The position numbers were made by a program, and so were the translations under genes. A DNA stretch of 64,000 bases from an uncultured bacterium (lineage in GTDB: Bacteria; Pseudomonadota; Gammaproteobacteria; Burkholderiales; SG8-39), in the NCBI GenBank assembly GCA_965233195.1, contig CBDDSB010000026.1, positions 210,901 to 274,900 of the forward strand. The letters run 5' to 3'. A model generated the notes under the pieces. The model had not been told where the DNA came from. It saw only the letters and a list, made by a program, of their open reading frames with translations, and ran no database searches. Positions 53,543 through 64,000 of the stretch are shown one piece after another; within the stretch, counting starts at the first letter, position 1; each line of letters starts with the position of its first letter.

Positions 53543-54442
53543 TCACGTTTGCTCTCGGATCTCTTGACAAACCGCGTCGATCAATCTCCGAGCGATCGAG
53601 ATTTTGCTCGGAAGTTTCGGTAAATGCAATAGATCAAACCAATTTGCTTCCTCGATTTCTCCGGCTTGCGGACGAATCTCGCCGCTCGACCACTCGCAGA
53701 TGAACGCGATCATCAGCGAATGCGGGAACGGCCACGACTGGCTGGCGAAGTAGCGGCAGCTCGCGATGCTCACGCCGACTTCCTCCGCGACTTCGCGCGC
53801 GACGCACTGCTCGAGCGACTCGCCGGGCTCGACGAAGCCGGCGAGCGCGCTGTACATGCCCGCCGGAAAGTGCGGGCTGCGCGCCAGGAGAAGCTGTTTT
53901 CCCCTATGAACGAGCGCCATCACCGCGGGCGCCACGCGCGGGTAGGCGGAGAGCTTGCACGCCGGACAGACGCGCACGCGCTCGTCGCGCTTCGCCGCGG
54001 TGGGCGTGCCGCAACGGCCGCAAAACTGGTGGTCGCGGTCCCACTGCAGGAGCTGGAGCGCCCTTCCGGCGAGCGCGAAGTGGTCGTCGTCGAGCACCGA
54101 GAACAGCGGCCGCAGGCCTTCCCAGGACAATCCGGCCGGCGGCGCGGCGTTCGCCGGCAGCTCGGCCGTCCAGCAATCCACGCCGCCCAGCCGCCCTAGA
54201 TACAGCGTGCGGCTTGCTTCGGACCCCAACCAGTTGTGGTTTTTTCGCAACGCGCTGCTTTCCGGGAGCCGAGCGAATGCCGGCCGGGCGCGGAAGCGCG
54301 GGTCGTCGCTCGGACGCTCCGGCGGCCCGAGCTCCACCAGCAGCTTGTCACCGCAGAACAAGAACCAGTGGCCCTCGGCGCTGCTCTCGCAGAAGCAAAG
54401 CGCTTCGAACTGCGCCGGCGAACGGAACGGAAGTTCAATCAT
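53543..54442 (-). CDS. nudC: NAD(+) diphosphatase (NADH pyrophosphatase)
   Basis: 299 aa. Zinc ribbon CGRCGTP...CPAC followed by the Nudix box [23 protein letters not shown]. Confidence 0.8.
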   Translation of the reverse strand: MIELPFRSPAQFEALCFCESSAEGHWFLFCGDKLLVELGPPERPSDDPRFRARPAFARLPESSALRKNHNWLGSEASRTLYLGRLGGVDCWTAELPANAAPPAGLSWEGLRPLFSVLDDDHFALAGRALQLLQWDRDHQFCGRCGTPTAAKRDERVRVCPACKLSAYPRVAPAVMALVHRGKQLLLARSPHFPAGMYSALAGFVEPGESLEQCVAREVAEEVGVSIASCRYFASQSWPFPHSLMIAFICEWSSGEIRPQAGEIEEANWFDLLHLPKLPSKISIARRLIDAVCQEIREQT

Positions 54443-54468
54443 GCGCTGAGTATAATTTGCCGCTTCCG

Positions 54469-56499
54469 ATGGACACCTCCGTCACGGCCAAAGCAACCGA
54501 GGCCGAGCTCGCCAATTCCATTCGTGCGCTCGCCATGGACGCGGTGGAAGCCGCCAAGTCCGGCCACCCCGGCATGCCGATGGGCATGGCCGAGATCGCA
54601 GTGACGCTCTGGAAGCGCCACCTGCGCCACAACCCGGCCAACCCGGACTGGCCGAACCGCGACCGCTTCGTGCTCTCGAACGGCCATGGCTCGATGCTGC
54701 TCTATAGCCTGCTTCACCTCACCGGCTACGCGCTGCCGATCGAGGAGCTGAAGCGCTTCCGCCAGCTTGGCTCCAAGACGCCCGGCCACCCGGAGCGCGG
54801 CTGCGCGCCCGGTGTGGAGACGACCACCGGCCCGCTGGGCCAGGGTCTCGCCAACGCCGTAGGCATGGCGCTTGCCGAGCGCCTGCTCGCCGCGCGCTTC
54901 AACAAGCCGGAGCACGAGCTGGTCGAGCACTTCACTTATGTCTTCCTCGGCGACGGCTGCATGATGGAAGGCATCTCGCACGAGGCCTGCGCCCTGGCCG
55001 GAACCCTGGGGCTGGGCAAGCTGATCGCCCTGTACGACGACAACGGCATCTCGATCGACTCCGACAAGGGCCAGATCAAGCAGTGGTACACCGACGACGT
55101 CCGCAAGCGCTTCGAGTCCTACGGCTGGCAGGTGATCCCCAACGTCGATGGCCATGACATCGAGGCGGTGGACAAGGCGATCCGCAAAGCCAAGAGAGCA
55201 GTAAAAGCCGGCGAACGCTCGCGGCCGACGCTGATCTGCTGCAAAACGGTGATCGCCAAAGGCGCGCCGAAGAAAGCCAACACCGGCGCGGCGCACGGCG
55301 CGCCGCTCGGCGCGGAGGAGATCGCCGCCACCCGCGCCGCCATCGGTTGGACGCACCCCGCGTTCGAGATCCCCAAGCCGGTGTACGACGGCTGGGACGC
55401 ACGCGAGGCCGGCAAGCGGCTCGAGCGGCGCTGGCAGAAGCTGCTGAAGAGCTATCAGACCAGCTTTCCGGAGGATGCCGCCGAGTTCGAGCGCCGCGTG
55501 AAGGGGGAATTGCCCGCGCGTTTTGACGGCACGGCCCAGGCGCTGCTGGCCGACTTCAATACCAAGGCGGAGACCATTGCGACCCGCAAGGCGTCGCAGA
55601 ACGCTCTCGAAGCCTTGGTTCCGGCGCTTCCGGATCTGGTCGGCGGCTCGGCCGACCTGACGGGCTCCAACCTGACCATGGTGAAAGCCTCCAAGACGGT
55701 CTCGCCCGGCACGCTGTCCGGCAGCCATATCTTTTACGGCGTGCGGGAATTCGGCATGTGCGCGGTGATGAACGGCCTGGCGCTGCACGGCGGGGTGATT
55801 CCGTATGGCGGCACCTTCCTGGTGTTCTCGGACTACGCGCGCAACGCGCTGCGCCTGGCCGCGCTGATGGGCTTGCGCACGATCTACGTGTTCTCCCACG
55901 ACTCGATCGGCCTGGGCGAGGATGGCCCGACGCACCAGCCCATCGAGCACGCCGCCACCCTGCGCCTGATGCCGAACATGGACGTCTGGCGCCCGTGTGA
56001 CACCGTCGAAACCGCCGCGGCGTGGAACGCGGCGCTGCGGCGCAAGAACGGCCCCACCGCGCTCCTCCTGACTCGCCAGAACGTCCCATTTCAGAAAAGA
56101 GAATCCCTGGATGGAATCGCCAGGGGCGGCTATGTGCTGGCCGACGCCCCCGGCGCCCGTGCAGTCATCATCGCCACGGGCTCCGAAGTCGGCATCGCCG
56201 TCGAAGCCCAAAAGCAGCTAGCGGCGGCCGGAATGCCGGTGCGGGTGGTTTCCATGCCGTCGACCAGTGTTTTCGACCGCCAGGACACGGAATATCGGAA
56301 CTCCGTGCTGCCGCAGGCACTCCCAAAGATAGCGGTCGAGGCGGGCGTCAGCGATTATTGGCGCAAGTACGTTGGAACCGAAGGCGCCGTGGTGGGCATC
56401 GACCGCTACGGCGAATCGGCCCCCGCCGGCGATCTCTTCAAGCACTTCGGCTTCACCCCGGACAACATCATCAAGGTCGTTAGGAGCATCGTTAAATGA
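54469..56499 (+). CDS. tkt: Transketolase
   Basis: Start at ATG 54469. 676 aa, nearly colinear with E. coli TktA ([53 protein letters not shown]). Confidence 0.95.
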   Translation: MDTSVTAKATEAELANSIRALAMDAVEAAKSGHPGMPMGMAEIAVTLWKRHLRHNPANPDWPNRDRFVLSNGHGSMLLYSLLHLTGYALPIEELKRFRQLGSKTPGHPERGCAPGVETTTGPLGQGLANAVGMALAERLLAARFNKPEHELVEHFTYVFLGDGCMMEGISHEACALAGTLGLGKLIALYDDNGISIDSDKGQIKQWYTDDVRKRFESYGWQVIPNVDGHDIEAVDKAIRKAKRAVKAGERSRPTLICCKTVIAKGAPKKANTGAAHGAPLGAEEIAATRAAIGWTHPAFEIPKPVYDGWDAREAGKRLERRWQKLLKSYQTSFPEDAAEFERRVKGELPARFDGTAQALLADFNTKAETIATRKASQNALEALVPALPDLVGGSADLTGSNLTMVKASKTVSPGTLSGSHIFYGVREFGMCAVMNGLALHGGVIPYGGTFLVFSDYARNALRLAALMGLRTIYVFSHDSIGLGEDGPTHQPIEHAATLRLMPNMDVWRPCDTVETAAAWNAALRRKNGPTALLLTRQNVPFQKRESLDGIARGGYVLADAPGARAVIIATGSEVGIAVEAQKQLAAAGMPVRVVSMPSTSVFDRQDTEYRNSVLPQALPKIAVEAGVSDYWRKYVGTEGAVVGIDRYGESAPAGDLFKHFGFTPDNIIKVVRSIVK

Positions 56500-57521
56500 T
56501 CAAAGTCGCCATCAATGGATTCGGCCGCATCGGCCGCATGGTTCTGCGCGCCCACTACGAGGGCGGCAAGAAACACCAGCTTCAGTTCGTCGCGGTCAAC
56601 GACCTCGGCGACGCGCAGACCAACGCCCACCTGCTCAAGTACGACACCGCCCATGGGCGGTTCCCGGCGCGCGTGGAAGTCAAAGAAAAAACGATGGTGG
56701 TCAACGGCGACCCCATTCAGGTGGTGGCCGAGCGCGACCCGGCCAAGCTGCCGTGGCGGCAGCTCGGCGTCGACGTGGTGCTGGAATGCACCGGCCTCTT
56801 CACCAGCAAGGCGAAAGCCGGCGCGCACCTGCAGGCCGGCGCGCGCAAGGTGATCATCTCGGCGCCGGGCGAGAAGGACGTCGACCGCACCGTGGTCTTC
56901 GGCGTGAACCACAAGGCGCTCAAGGACGCGGATACGGTGATCTCCAACGCCTCGTGCACCACCAACTGCCTGGCGCCGCTGGTCAAGGCGATCGACGATC
57001 GCATCGGCGTCGTTTCGGGCCTGATGAACACCATCCACTCCTTCACCAACGACCAGGTCCTGACCGACGTATTCCACAAGGATCTGCGCCGGGCGCGCGC
57101 CGCCGGCCACAACATGATCCCCACCAAGACCGGCGCCGCCGCCGCGGTCGGCCTGGTGCTGCCGCACCTCAACGGCAAGCTCGACGGCTTCTCGATCCGG
57201 GTGCCGACCATCAACGTCTCGATCGTCGACCTCACCTTCGTCGCGAAGAAGCCCACCACGGTGGATGAAGTGAACCGCGCGGTGAAGCAGGCCGCGGACG
57301 GCGAGCTCAAGGGCATCCTCGAGTACAGCACCGAGCAGCTCGTGTCGTCGGACTTCAACCACAACCCGGCGAGCTCGATCTTCGACGCGGGCCTCACCCG
57401 GGTTTCCGAGGGCACGCTGGTCAAGGTGACCTCCTGGTACGACAACGAGTGGGGCTTCTCGAACCGCATGCTGGACGTCGCCGCCGTGTTCGCCGAGGTC
57501 GGGGCCGTCGCAGCGAAATAA
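56496..57521 (+). CDS. gap: Glyceraldehyde-3-phosphate dehydrogenase
   Basis: 341 aa with INGFGRIGR, the active-site [12 protein letters not shown], and WYDNEWG. Confidence 0.95.
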   Translation: MIKVAINGFGRIGRMVLRAHYEGGKKHQLQFVAVNDLGDAQTNAHLLKYDTAHGRFPARVEVKEKTMVVNGDPIQVVAERDPAKLPWRQLGVDVVLECTGLFTSKAKAGAHLQAGARKVIISAPGEKDVDRTVVFGVNHKALKDADTVISNASCTTNCLAPLVKAIDDRIGVVSGLMNTIHSFTNDQVLTDVFHKDLRRARAAGHNMIPTKTGAAAAVGLVLPHLNGKLDGFSIRVPTINVSIVDLTFVAKKPTTVDEVNRAVKQAADGELKGILEYSTEQLVSSDFNHNPASSIFDAGLTRVSEGTLVKVTSWYDNEWGFSNRMLDVAAVFAEVGAVAAK

Positions 57522-58682
57522 ATGAAGTTCAAGCGCATGTCGGAGGTCGACCTCCGAGGAAAGCGCGTGTTCATCCGCTGCGACCTCAACGTGCCGATCG
57601 AGGACGGACGCATCAGCGACGACACGCGTATCCGCGCCTCGGTTCCGGGCATCAAGGCCGCGCTCGAGCAGGGCGCCGCCGTCATGGTCACCTCGCACCT
57701 CGGCCGTCCGACCGAGGGCGAGCTCAGGCCTGAGGACTCCCTAGCTCCGGTCGCGGAGCGCTTGGCCCAGCTCCTGAAAGCCAAGGTTTCGCTCATCAAG
57801 GACTGGGTGGATGGCGTCGACGTGAAGCCCGGCCAGGTGGTGATGCTGGAGAACTGCCGGGTCAACAAGGGCGAGAAGAAGGACGACGAAGCACTGGCGC
57901 GCAAGATTGCCGCGCTGTGCGACGTCTACGTGAACGACGCTTTCGGCACCGCGCACCGCGCCGAGGCGACCACCCACGGCGTTGCCCGCTTCGCCAAGGT
58001 GGCTTGCGCCGGCCCGCTGATGGCGGCGGAGCTCGACGCGCTCGGCAAGGCGCTGGCGGACCCGGCGCGGCCGCTGGTGGCGATCGTCGCCGGCTCGAAG
58101 GTCTCAACCAAGCTAACGATCCTGGGCGAGCTGGCCAAGAAAGTGGACAGCCTGATCGTCGGCGGCGGCATCGCCAACACTTTCCTGCTCGCCGCCGGCA
58201 AGCCGATCGGCAAATCGCTCGCCGAGCGCGACCTCGCCGGCGAGGCGAAGCGCATCATGAAGAGGACCGAGGTGCCGCTGCCGACCGACGTGGTGGTGGC
58301 GAAGTCGCTGGACGACGCCAAGGGCAAGGTGAAGCCGGTGGCCGAAGTGGCCGCCGACGAAATGATCCTCGATATCGGTCCGGACAGCGCCAAGGCGCTG
58401 GCGGCCGCGCTGAAGAAAGCCGGCACCATCCTCTGGAACGGGCCGGTCGGGGTGTTCGAGAAGGAACCGTTCGCCAAGGGCACCGAAACGGTCGCCAAAG
58501 CCATCGCCGGCTCCCAGGCGTTCTCCATCGCCGGCGGGGGGGACACCGTCGCCGCGATCCACAAATTCAAGATCGACAAGCGCATCGGCTACATCTCCAC
58601 CGCCGGCGGCGCTTTCCTGGAATTCCTTGAAGGAAAGAAGCTGCCCGCCGTGGCTGCGCTCGAAGCCCGCGCGGATGGTTGA
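57522..58682 (+). CDS. pgk: Phosphoglycerate kinase
   Basis: 386 aa with RCDLNVP, SHLGRP and [13 protein letters not shown]. Confidence 0.95.
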   Translation: MKFKRMSEVDLRGKRVFIRCDLNVPIEDGRISDDTRIRASVPGIKAALEQGAAVMVTSHLGRPTEGELRPEDSLAPVAERLAQLLKAKVSLIKDWVDGVDVKPGQVVMLENCRVNKGEKKDDEALARKIAALCDVYVNDAFGTAHRAEATTHGVARFAKVACAGPLMAAELDALGKALADPARPLVAIVAGSKVSTKLTILGELAKKVDSLIVGGGIANTFLLAAGKPIGKSLAERDLAGEAKRIMKRTEVPLPTDVVVAKSLDDAKGKVKPVAEVAADEMILDIGPDSAKALAAALKKAGTILWNGPVGVFEKEPFAKGTETVAKAIAGSQAFSIAGGGDTVAAIHKFKIDKRIGYISTAGGAFLEFLEGKKLPAVAALEARADG

Positions 58683-59082
58683 GCAGTTCAGCGTCGACAC
58701 CCCGGGCCAGGGGCTGCATGACGTCACTTCGCAAGTTGGCTCGCTGGTGCGCAAGGCCGGGATCAAGGAAGGGTTGTGCACGCTGTTCGTACGCCATACC
58801 TCGGCCAGTCTCGTCATTCAGGAAAACGCGGACCCGACGGCGAAACGCGATCTCGAGCGCTGGCTGAACCGGCTGGTCCCCGAGGGCGATCCGTTCTATA
58901 GCCACGATGCCGAGGGCCCGGACGACATGCCGTCGCACCTGAAAGCCGCCTTGACGGCGACGTCGCTGTCGATCCCGATTGCCGACGGGAAACTGGCATT
59001 AGGGACCTGGCAGGGCATCTACCTTTGGGAGCACCGGCGGCGGGGATCCACGCGCGAGCTCGTGGTGCACATCGGCGCTTGA
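58675..59082 (+). CDS. yjbQ: YjbQ/UPF0047 family protein (secondary thiamine-phosphate synthase enzyme)
   Basis: ATG 58675 overlaps the pgk 3' end by 8 nt. Has [28 protein letters not shown] and [13 protein letters not shown]. Confidence 0.8.
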   Translation: MVEQFSVDTPGQGLHDVTSQVGSLVRKAGIKEGLCTLFVRHTSASLVIQENADPTAKRDLERWLNRLVPEGDPFYSHDAEGPDDMPSHLKAALTATSLSIPIADGKLALGTWQGIYLWEHRRRGSTRELVVHIGA

Positions 59083-59090
59083 AGGAAGGA

Positions 59091-59879
59091 ATGAAGATCT
59101 CGTCCGCAATCGTCGGCCGCGAGACGGGCCCCGACGTGCAGCAGGTCGACGCACGCTGGCTGATGGCTTACAGCGCCGGCCTCGGCGAACGGGATTACCC
59201 GCATGCGCTTTTCCCGGTGTGCTACGAATGGCCGGCGACGCGCCAGCTGCGCGAACGCGCGGGGTTGGTGCCGATCGATGCACGCCTCGTGCACGCCCAG
59301 CACGACCTGATCATTCACCGTGCCCCGAAGGAGGAAAAGCTTTTCATCAGCGGGAAAATCGTTGCCGCGCTGCAACGCAAGCCAGGCACGCTAGTCGTCT
59401 ACCGCTTCATCACCAGAGATGAAAAGAAGGAGCTGGTGAGCACGACCGACTTCAGCGCGCTCTATCGGGATGCCAAGCTCGAAGGTGGCGACCGGGTAAG
59501 CGACAAGGTCGACGACCCGCCGAAGCATTCACAGGCATTGGAGGACATTGGCGACATTTCCGTAGCCGCGACCGCCGCCCATGTTTATACGGAGTGCGCT
59601 CGCATCTGGAATCCAATCCATACCGACGTCGCGTATGCCCGCGCGGCGGGGCTGCCCGACATCATTCTGCACGGCACGGCGACCCTGGCGCTTTCGGTTT
59701 CAAAAGTTGCGAGTTCATTCGGAATGAAGCAGGTGCGCCGCATTCGCTGCCGCTTCGCCGGCATGGTGACGATGCCGAGCACGCTCACGGTGCGCGCGTC
59801 CCGCGAGGACGACAGGGTGGCTTTCGAGACTCGCAACGAGAGCGGCGAGGCGGTCATCGAACGAGGCTGGATCAGTTAA
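59091..59879 (+). CDS. MaoC-like double hot-dog fold protein (putative dehydratase)
   Basis: 262 aa. The C-terminal half has IWNPIHTDVAYARAAGLPDIILHGT, typical of the MaoC dehydratase hot-dog fold. Confidence 0.55.
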   Translation: MKISSAIVGRETGPDVQQVDARWLMAYSAGLGERDYPHALFPVCYEWPATRQLRERAGLVPIDARLVHAQHDLIIHRAPKEEKLFISGKIVAALQRKPGTLVVYRFITRDEKKELVSTTDFSALYRDAKLEGGDRVSDKVDDPPKHSQALEDIGDISVAATAAHVYTECARIWNPIHTDVAYARAAGLPDIILHGTATLALSVSKVASSFGMKQVRRIRCRFAGMVTMPSTLTVRASREDDRVAFETRNESGEAVIERGWIS

Positions 59880-59898
59880 ACTCGGAAGGACGTCCTTC

Positions 59899-61338
59899 AT
59901 GTTGCGCAGTACAAAAATCGTCGCCACCCTCGGACCTGCTTCCAGCGAGCCGGCAGTGCTCGAACGCATGATTCGCGCCGGGGTCGACGTGGTGCGCCTC
60001 AATTTCTCCCACGGCACCGCCGACGACCACCTCAAGCGCGCGGCGCTGGTTAAGGAGATTGCCTCCAGGGTCGGCCGCACGGTCGCCATCATGTGCGACC
60101 TGCAGGGGCCGAAGATCCGCGTCGGCAAGTTCAAGGAAGGCAAGGTCGTTCTCGAGAAGGGCGCCCGCTTCATCCTGGATGCGGGCATCGAAATAGGCGA
60201 CGGCGAGCGCTCCGGGCTGGACTACAAGGAGCTGCCGCGGGACGTGGAGCCGGGCGCGCTGCTGCTGCTCGACGACGGCAAGATCGTCCTCGAGGTCACC
60301 GCGGTGCGCGGCGACGAGGTGCATACGCTGGTGCGCCACGGCGGCATGCTGTCCAACAACAAGGGCATCAATCGTCAGGGCGGCGGGCTGACGGCGCCCG
60401 CGCTCACCTCCAAGGACATGGAGGACATCCGCACCGCCACCAAGCTGCAGGCCGACTACCTGGCGGTGTCGTTCCCGAAGAGCGGCGCCGACATGTACAT
60501 GGCGCGCGAGCTGATGCGCGCGGCGGGCGGCAAAGCCTTCCTCATCGCGAAGATCGAGCGCGCCGAGGCGGTGGGCGAGGCCGCGCTGCTCGACATCATG
60601 CGCGGCTCCGACGGCATCATGGTGGCGCGCGGCGACCTCGCGGTCGAGGTCGGCGACGCGTCGGTGCCCGCGCTGCAGAAAAAGATGATTCGCCTCGCCC
60701 GCCAGGAGAACAAGCTCACCATCACGGCGACGCAGATGATGGAGTCGATGATCTCGAGCCCGGTGCCGACGCGCGCGGAAGTGTCCGACGTGGCGAACGC
60801 GGTGCTCGACGGCACCGACGCGGTGATGCTCTCGGCCGAGACCGCGAGCGGGCTGTACCCGGTGGAGGTGATCGAGGCGATGGACCGCATCTGCGTCGAG
60901 GTCGAGCAGACGCAGCCGCTCAACCTCGAGCAGGACTTTCTGAACCGCGTGTTCACGCGCGTCGACCAGTCGATCGCGATGGCGGCGCTCTTCACTGCCT
61001 ATCACCTCAAGGTGAAATGCATCGCCTCGCTCACCTAGTCGGGCTCGACCGCGCTGTGGATGAGCCGCCTGAACTGCGGCGTGCCGATCTACGCGCTCAC
61101 CTCGCAGACGCAGACCCGCTATCGCTGCGCGCTGTTCCGCGACGTGTTTCCGCTGATGGTCAAGTACGTTGGCCACGACCGCGAGGAGCTGCTGCAGGAG
61201 GCGGAGCGGGCGCTGGTCGAGAACAAGGTGGTCAAGGACGGCGACCTGATCGTGCTCACCATCGGCGAGCCGATCGGCAAGTCCGGCGGCACCAACACCA
61301 TGAAGATCGTCAAGGTCGGGGAGCATCGCAAACCATGA
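59899..61338 (+). pseudogene. pyk: Pyruvate kinase interrupted by an in-frame TAG at 61036-61038
   Basis: Residues 1-379 and the ORF at 61060..61338 are in the same frame. Across the stop the sequence reads KCIASLT-TAG-SGSTALWMSRLNCGVPIYALTSQ, colinear with E. coli PykA ...[30 protein letters not shown]. The TAG therefore sits where a conserved Glu (GAG) is expected. Confidence 0.85.
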
Positions 61339-61757
61339 ACAAGCCTTTCAGACCCGCTCCGGAGCTCGCTTCCAGATTCATCGACGTGGAGCATTTGCCG
61401 TGGGAGAAAACCGCGTACGCCGGCATCGAGCAGAAAACGCTGCTCTTCGACAAGGCGACCGGCCTGATCACGGCGCTGATGCGCATGGCGCCGGGTACGC
61501 GTCTGCCGGAGCATGAGCACGTGAAGGTCGAGCAGACCTACGTGCTGGAAGGCGAATTGCACTGCGGGGAAGGAATCTGCAAAGCCGGGCAGTTCGTGTG
61601 GCGCCCGGCGGGCAGCCGCCACGAGGCGTGGGCGGGGCCACAGGGCGGCACCTTCCTCGCCATGTTCCAGATCCCGAACAAGTTCTTCGGACGCGACGGG
61701 CGCGAGACCGATTTCCTCGGCAACGACTGGCAAAAGCTGTGGGGGTCCCACCAATGA
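61335..61757 (+). CDS. Cupin-domain protein (ChrR-like cupin)
   Basis: ATG 61335 overlaps the pyk stop (ATGA). 140 aa. Has RMAPGTRLPEHEHVKVEQTYVLEGEL, typical of the ChrR-type cupin fold. Confidence 0.55.
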   Translation: MNKPFRPAPELASRFIDVEHLPWEKTAYAGIEQKTLLFDKATGLITALMRMAPGTRLPEHEHVKVEQTYVLEGELHCGEGICKAGQFVWRPAGSRHEAWAGPQGGTFLAMFQIPNKFFGRDGRETDFLGNDWQKLWGSHQ

Positions 61758-61832
61758 AGCGTGTTCTCGCGAAGTGGGGGCCGATCATCCGCAAGACCGG
61801 TACGTTCGCCGACTAGGTTTACGCAAGCGCGG

Positions 61833-62852
61833 ATGGCGGACACTCTTCCGGCGCGCTTCTCCGGAGTAGAAGAGCTCGAGGAGTTCATGACGCGCCCGTC
61901 GGCGGCGCTGCGAGCGGATCTGTCCGGCATCGACGAGATCCTGGTTCTCGGCGTCGGCGGCAAGATGGGCCCGACGCTCGCGCGCATGGCGCAGCGCGCC
62001 GGCAAGCGCGTGATCGGCGTCGCCCGTTTTTCCGAAAAAGGACTGAGGGAAAAGCTCGAGCGCTGGGGGATCGAGTGCCTGGCGTGTGACCTGCTCGACC
62101 GCGCCGCGCTCGAGCGCCTGCCGCGCGCGAAGAATGTGGTGTTCATGGCAGGCCACAAGTTCGGCGCGGCCGGCGATCCATCGTTTACCTGGGCGATGAA
62201 CGTGGCCGTGCCCTTCATGGTGGCCGAGACCTTCCGCGAGGCGCGCATCGTCGCCTTCTCCACCGCGTGCGTCTATCCGTACGTCGAGGTCAACGGCGCC
62301 GGTGCCGACGAAAAAACCGAAACCTTGCCGCCGCCGGGCGATTACGCGACCTCCTGCGTCGGACGCGAGCAGATGTTCCGGCATGCGTCGCAGCGCTACG
62401 GCACGCCGGGACGGCTGGTGCGCCTCTCCTACGCGATCGACATGCGCTACGGCGTGCTCTACGACGTGGCCCAGAGCGTGCTCGCCGGCAAGGCCGTCGC
62501 GCTCGGCATGGGCTATGCAAACGTGATCTGGCAGGGCGACGCCAACGAGCAGGCGCTGCGGCTGCTCGCCCACTGCACCTCGCCGGCGAGCCCGATCAAT
62601 ATCAGCGGCCCGAAGGTGAGCGTGCGCTGGCTGGCCGGGGAGTTCGGCAAACGGTTTTCGAAGAAGCCGGCCTTTTCGGGGCAGGAGGCGCCGACCGCCT
62701 GGCTAATCGACACCGCCGCGGCTGCGCGGCTGCTTGGGCCGCCGCGCGTGCCGCTCGAGACGATGATCGACTGGGTCGCGGACTGGGTGAGCCGCGGCCA
62801 GCCGAGCCTCGGCAAGCCAACGCACTTCGAAACGCGTGACGGGAAGTACTGA
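61833..62852 (+). CDS. NAD-dependent epimerase/dehydratase family protein
   Basis: Start at ATG 61833 (MADTLPARF...). Rossmann motif ILVLGVGGKMGPTL. 339 aa. Confidence 0.6.
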   Translation: MADTLPARFSGVEELEEFMTRPSAALRADLSGIDEILVLGVGGKMGPTLARMAQRAGKRVIGVARFSEKGLREKLERWGIECLACDLLDRAALERLPRAKNVVFMAGHKFGAAGDPSFTWAMNVAVPFMVAETFREARIVAFSTACVYPYVEVNGAGADEKTETLPPPGDYATSCVGREQMFRHASQRYGTPGRLVRLSYAIDMRYGVLYDVAQSVLAGKAVALGMGYANVIWQGDANEQALRLLAHCTSPASPINISGPKVSVRWLAGEFGKRFSKKPAFSGQEAPTAWLIDTAAAARLLGPPRVPLETMIDWVADWVSRGQPSLGKPTHFETRDGKY

Positions 62853-63648
62853 GCACCGGCTGGGCGCCGAGCATGTCGCCGGCTGCCTCGCGCTTTCCGC
62901 GTCCGCGGGCTGGAACCAGAACCAGGCCGACTGGCGGCTGATGCTCGGCATGGGCGATGGCTGGGGGATTTCGCTGCGCGACGGCACCCTGGTCGCGTCG
63001 ACCCTCGTGCTCCCCTATGGAAAGGAGTTCGCGTGGGTCAGCATGGTGCTCGTGCTACCCGAGCACCGCAGAAAGGGTTACGCGTCGCGGCTGCTGCGCG
63101 TGGCGCTTGCCGACCTCGAAAGCCGCGGCCTGACTGCGGTGCTCGATGCGACGCCCGCAGGCCGCGAGGTGTACCGCCAGGAAGGCTTTCGCGATACCTG
63201 GGGGTTCAAGCGCTACGTTTTGGATAATCGGTCAAAGACCGCGGCGAACCAAGTGCGGCCCATCCACAATCGCGACTGGAGGTGGATCCTGGAGCTCGAT
63301 GCGCAGGCGTTCGGCGCGAGCCGCGAAATGCTGCTGCGCTCGCTCGCGCAGCGCCTGCCCGAAGCCGCGCTGGTGGTGGAAGGCAGGGGGTTCATCCTGG
63401 CCCGCGAGGGCAGGGAGGCTCGTCAGGTCGGGCCTTTGATCGCTTCGGACCGCGAAGCGGCGATGAGCCTGTTCTCCGCGGGCCTTGGTGCCGTGCAGCC
63501 GCCGGTGTACCTCGATCTCGTCGACGGCGTGTCCGCGCCGCCCGGGGCGGTGTTGCAGCGGCCATTCACGCGCATGGTGCACGGTCAACGCCCGGCGCCG
63601 GGGAACGAGAAGCTGGTTTTTCTCGTCGCGGGACCCGAGCTCGGCTAG
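62836..63648 (+). CDS. GNAT family N-acetyltransferase
   Basis: Acetyl-CoA binding motif VLPEHRRKGYASRLL. 270-aa ORF with a GTG start overlapping the previous gene. The exact start is uncertain. Confidence 0.6.
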   Translation: MTGSTEHRLGAEHVAGCLALSASAGWNQNQADWRLMLGMGDGWGISLRDGTLVASTLVLPYGKEFAWVSMVLVLPEHRRKGYASRLLRVALADLESRGLTAVLDATPAGREVYRQEGFRDTWGFKRYVLDNRSKTAANQVRPIHNRDWRWILELDAQAFGASREMLLRSLAQRLPEAALVVEGRGFILAREGREARQVGPLIASDREAAMSLFSAGLGAVQPPVYLDLVDGVSAPPGAVLQRPFTRMVHGQRPAPGNEKLVFLVAGPELG

Positions 63649-63658
63649 CCTAGTTAAC

Positions 63659-64000
63659 ATGCACCGCTCCCAGTTGCCCTCGGAGATCGCCGCGCTGCTG
63701 CGTCGCGGCACGGTGATTCCGGCACATCCGCTTGCGCTTGACTCGCGCCGCAGGCTGGACGAGCGGCGGCAGCGTGCGCTGACGCGCTATTACCTCGACG
63801 CCGGCAGCGGCGGGCTGGCGGTTGGCGTGCATGCCACGCAATTTGCCATCCGGGAAGCCGGCCTTTACGAGCGCGTGCTTGCAATTGCCGCGGAGGAGGC
63901 GGGAAAACGGCCGGTCGTGAAGATCGCGGGCCTTGCCGGCAAGACCAGCGCTGCGAAGCGCGAGGCTCAGTTGGCGCGCGAGCTCGGTTACCACGCCGGC
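63659..64000 (+). CDS. Dihydrodipicolinate synthase/aldolase-family-like protein, N-terminal fragment (runs off the window)
   Basis: My own translation from ATG 63659 is open for 114 codons to the window edge: MHRSQLPSEIAALLRRGTVIPAHPLALDSRRRLDERRQRALTRYYLDAGSGGLAVGVHATQFAIRE.... The family assignment is from memory of similar N-termini and is tentative. Confidence 0.4.
   Translation, partial: MHRSQLPSEIAALLRRGTVIPAHPLALDSRRRLDERRQRALTRYYLDAGSGGLAVGVHATQFAIREAGLYERVLAIAAEEAGKRPVVKIAGLAGKTSAAKREAQLARELGYHAG

Noticed and set aside
54439-61326. Long minus-strand ORFs opposite tkt, gap, pgk and pyk (54439..56211, 56406..57698, 56717..57904, 58113..58817, 59872..61326)
   Set aside because: They lie antisense to highly conserved glycolytic genes and show shadow-ORF composition.

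Overview
High-GC (about 65% by eye) proteobacterial chromosomal segment. Gene order suggests a betaproteobacterium: glnA-DUF4124-ntrBC, pcm-rhodanese-tolC, an E3 with an N-terminal lipoyl domain, and a Bug/TctC binding protein. Most of the window is densely packed housekeeping genes: LPS core (waaC, waaA), tolC, a TPP riboswitch plus thiC, uppP, glnA-ntrBC, aceB, panB, xthA, prlC, folD, the pyruvate dehydrogenase complex aceE-aceF-lpd, rpiA, argA, rsmE, a sugar-acid catabolic cluster, a fused AdoMet decarboxylase/spermidine synthase, nudC, and a tkt-gap-pgk-pyk glycolytic operon. The one clearly accessory region is an island of about 7.7 kb between panB and xthA (16.75-24.45 kb). It carries an atypical, apparently split Rhs/YD-repeat toxin locus. 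A Sec-signal Rhs shell gene stops exactly where the Rhs core domain should begin. The core plus an unrecognised Gly-rich C-terminal toxin sit at the end of a second signal-peptide protein 1.4 kb downstream. That second gene is itself internally deleted and frameshifted, and is followed by lower-GC candidate immunity genes. Other notable points: an in-frame amber codon in pyruvate kinase; a doubly frameshifted enolase-superfamily gene head-to-head with a Bug gene that has a truncated signal peptide; and a 25-bp REP-like palindromic element that fills two convergent intergenic gaps and encodes the last residues of NtrC. I saw no rRNA, tRNA, CRISPR array, transposase or integrase. All calls come from reading the translations and sequence by eye; no database search was run.
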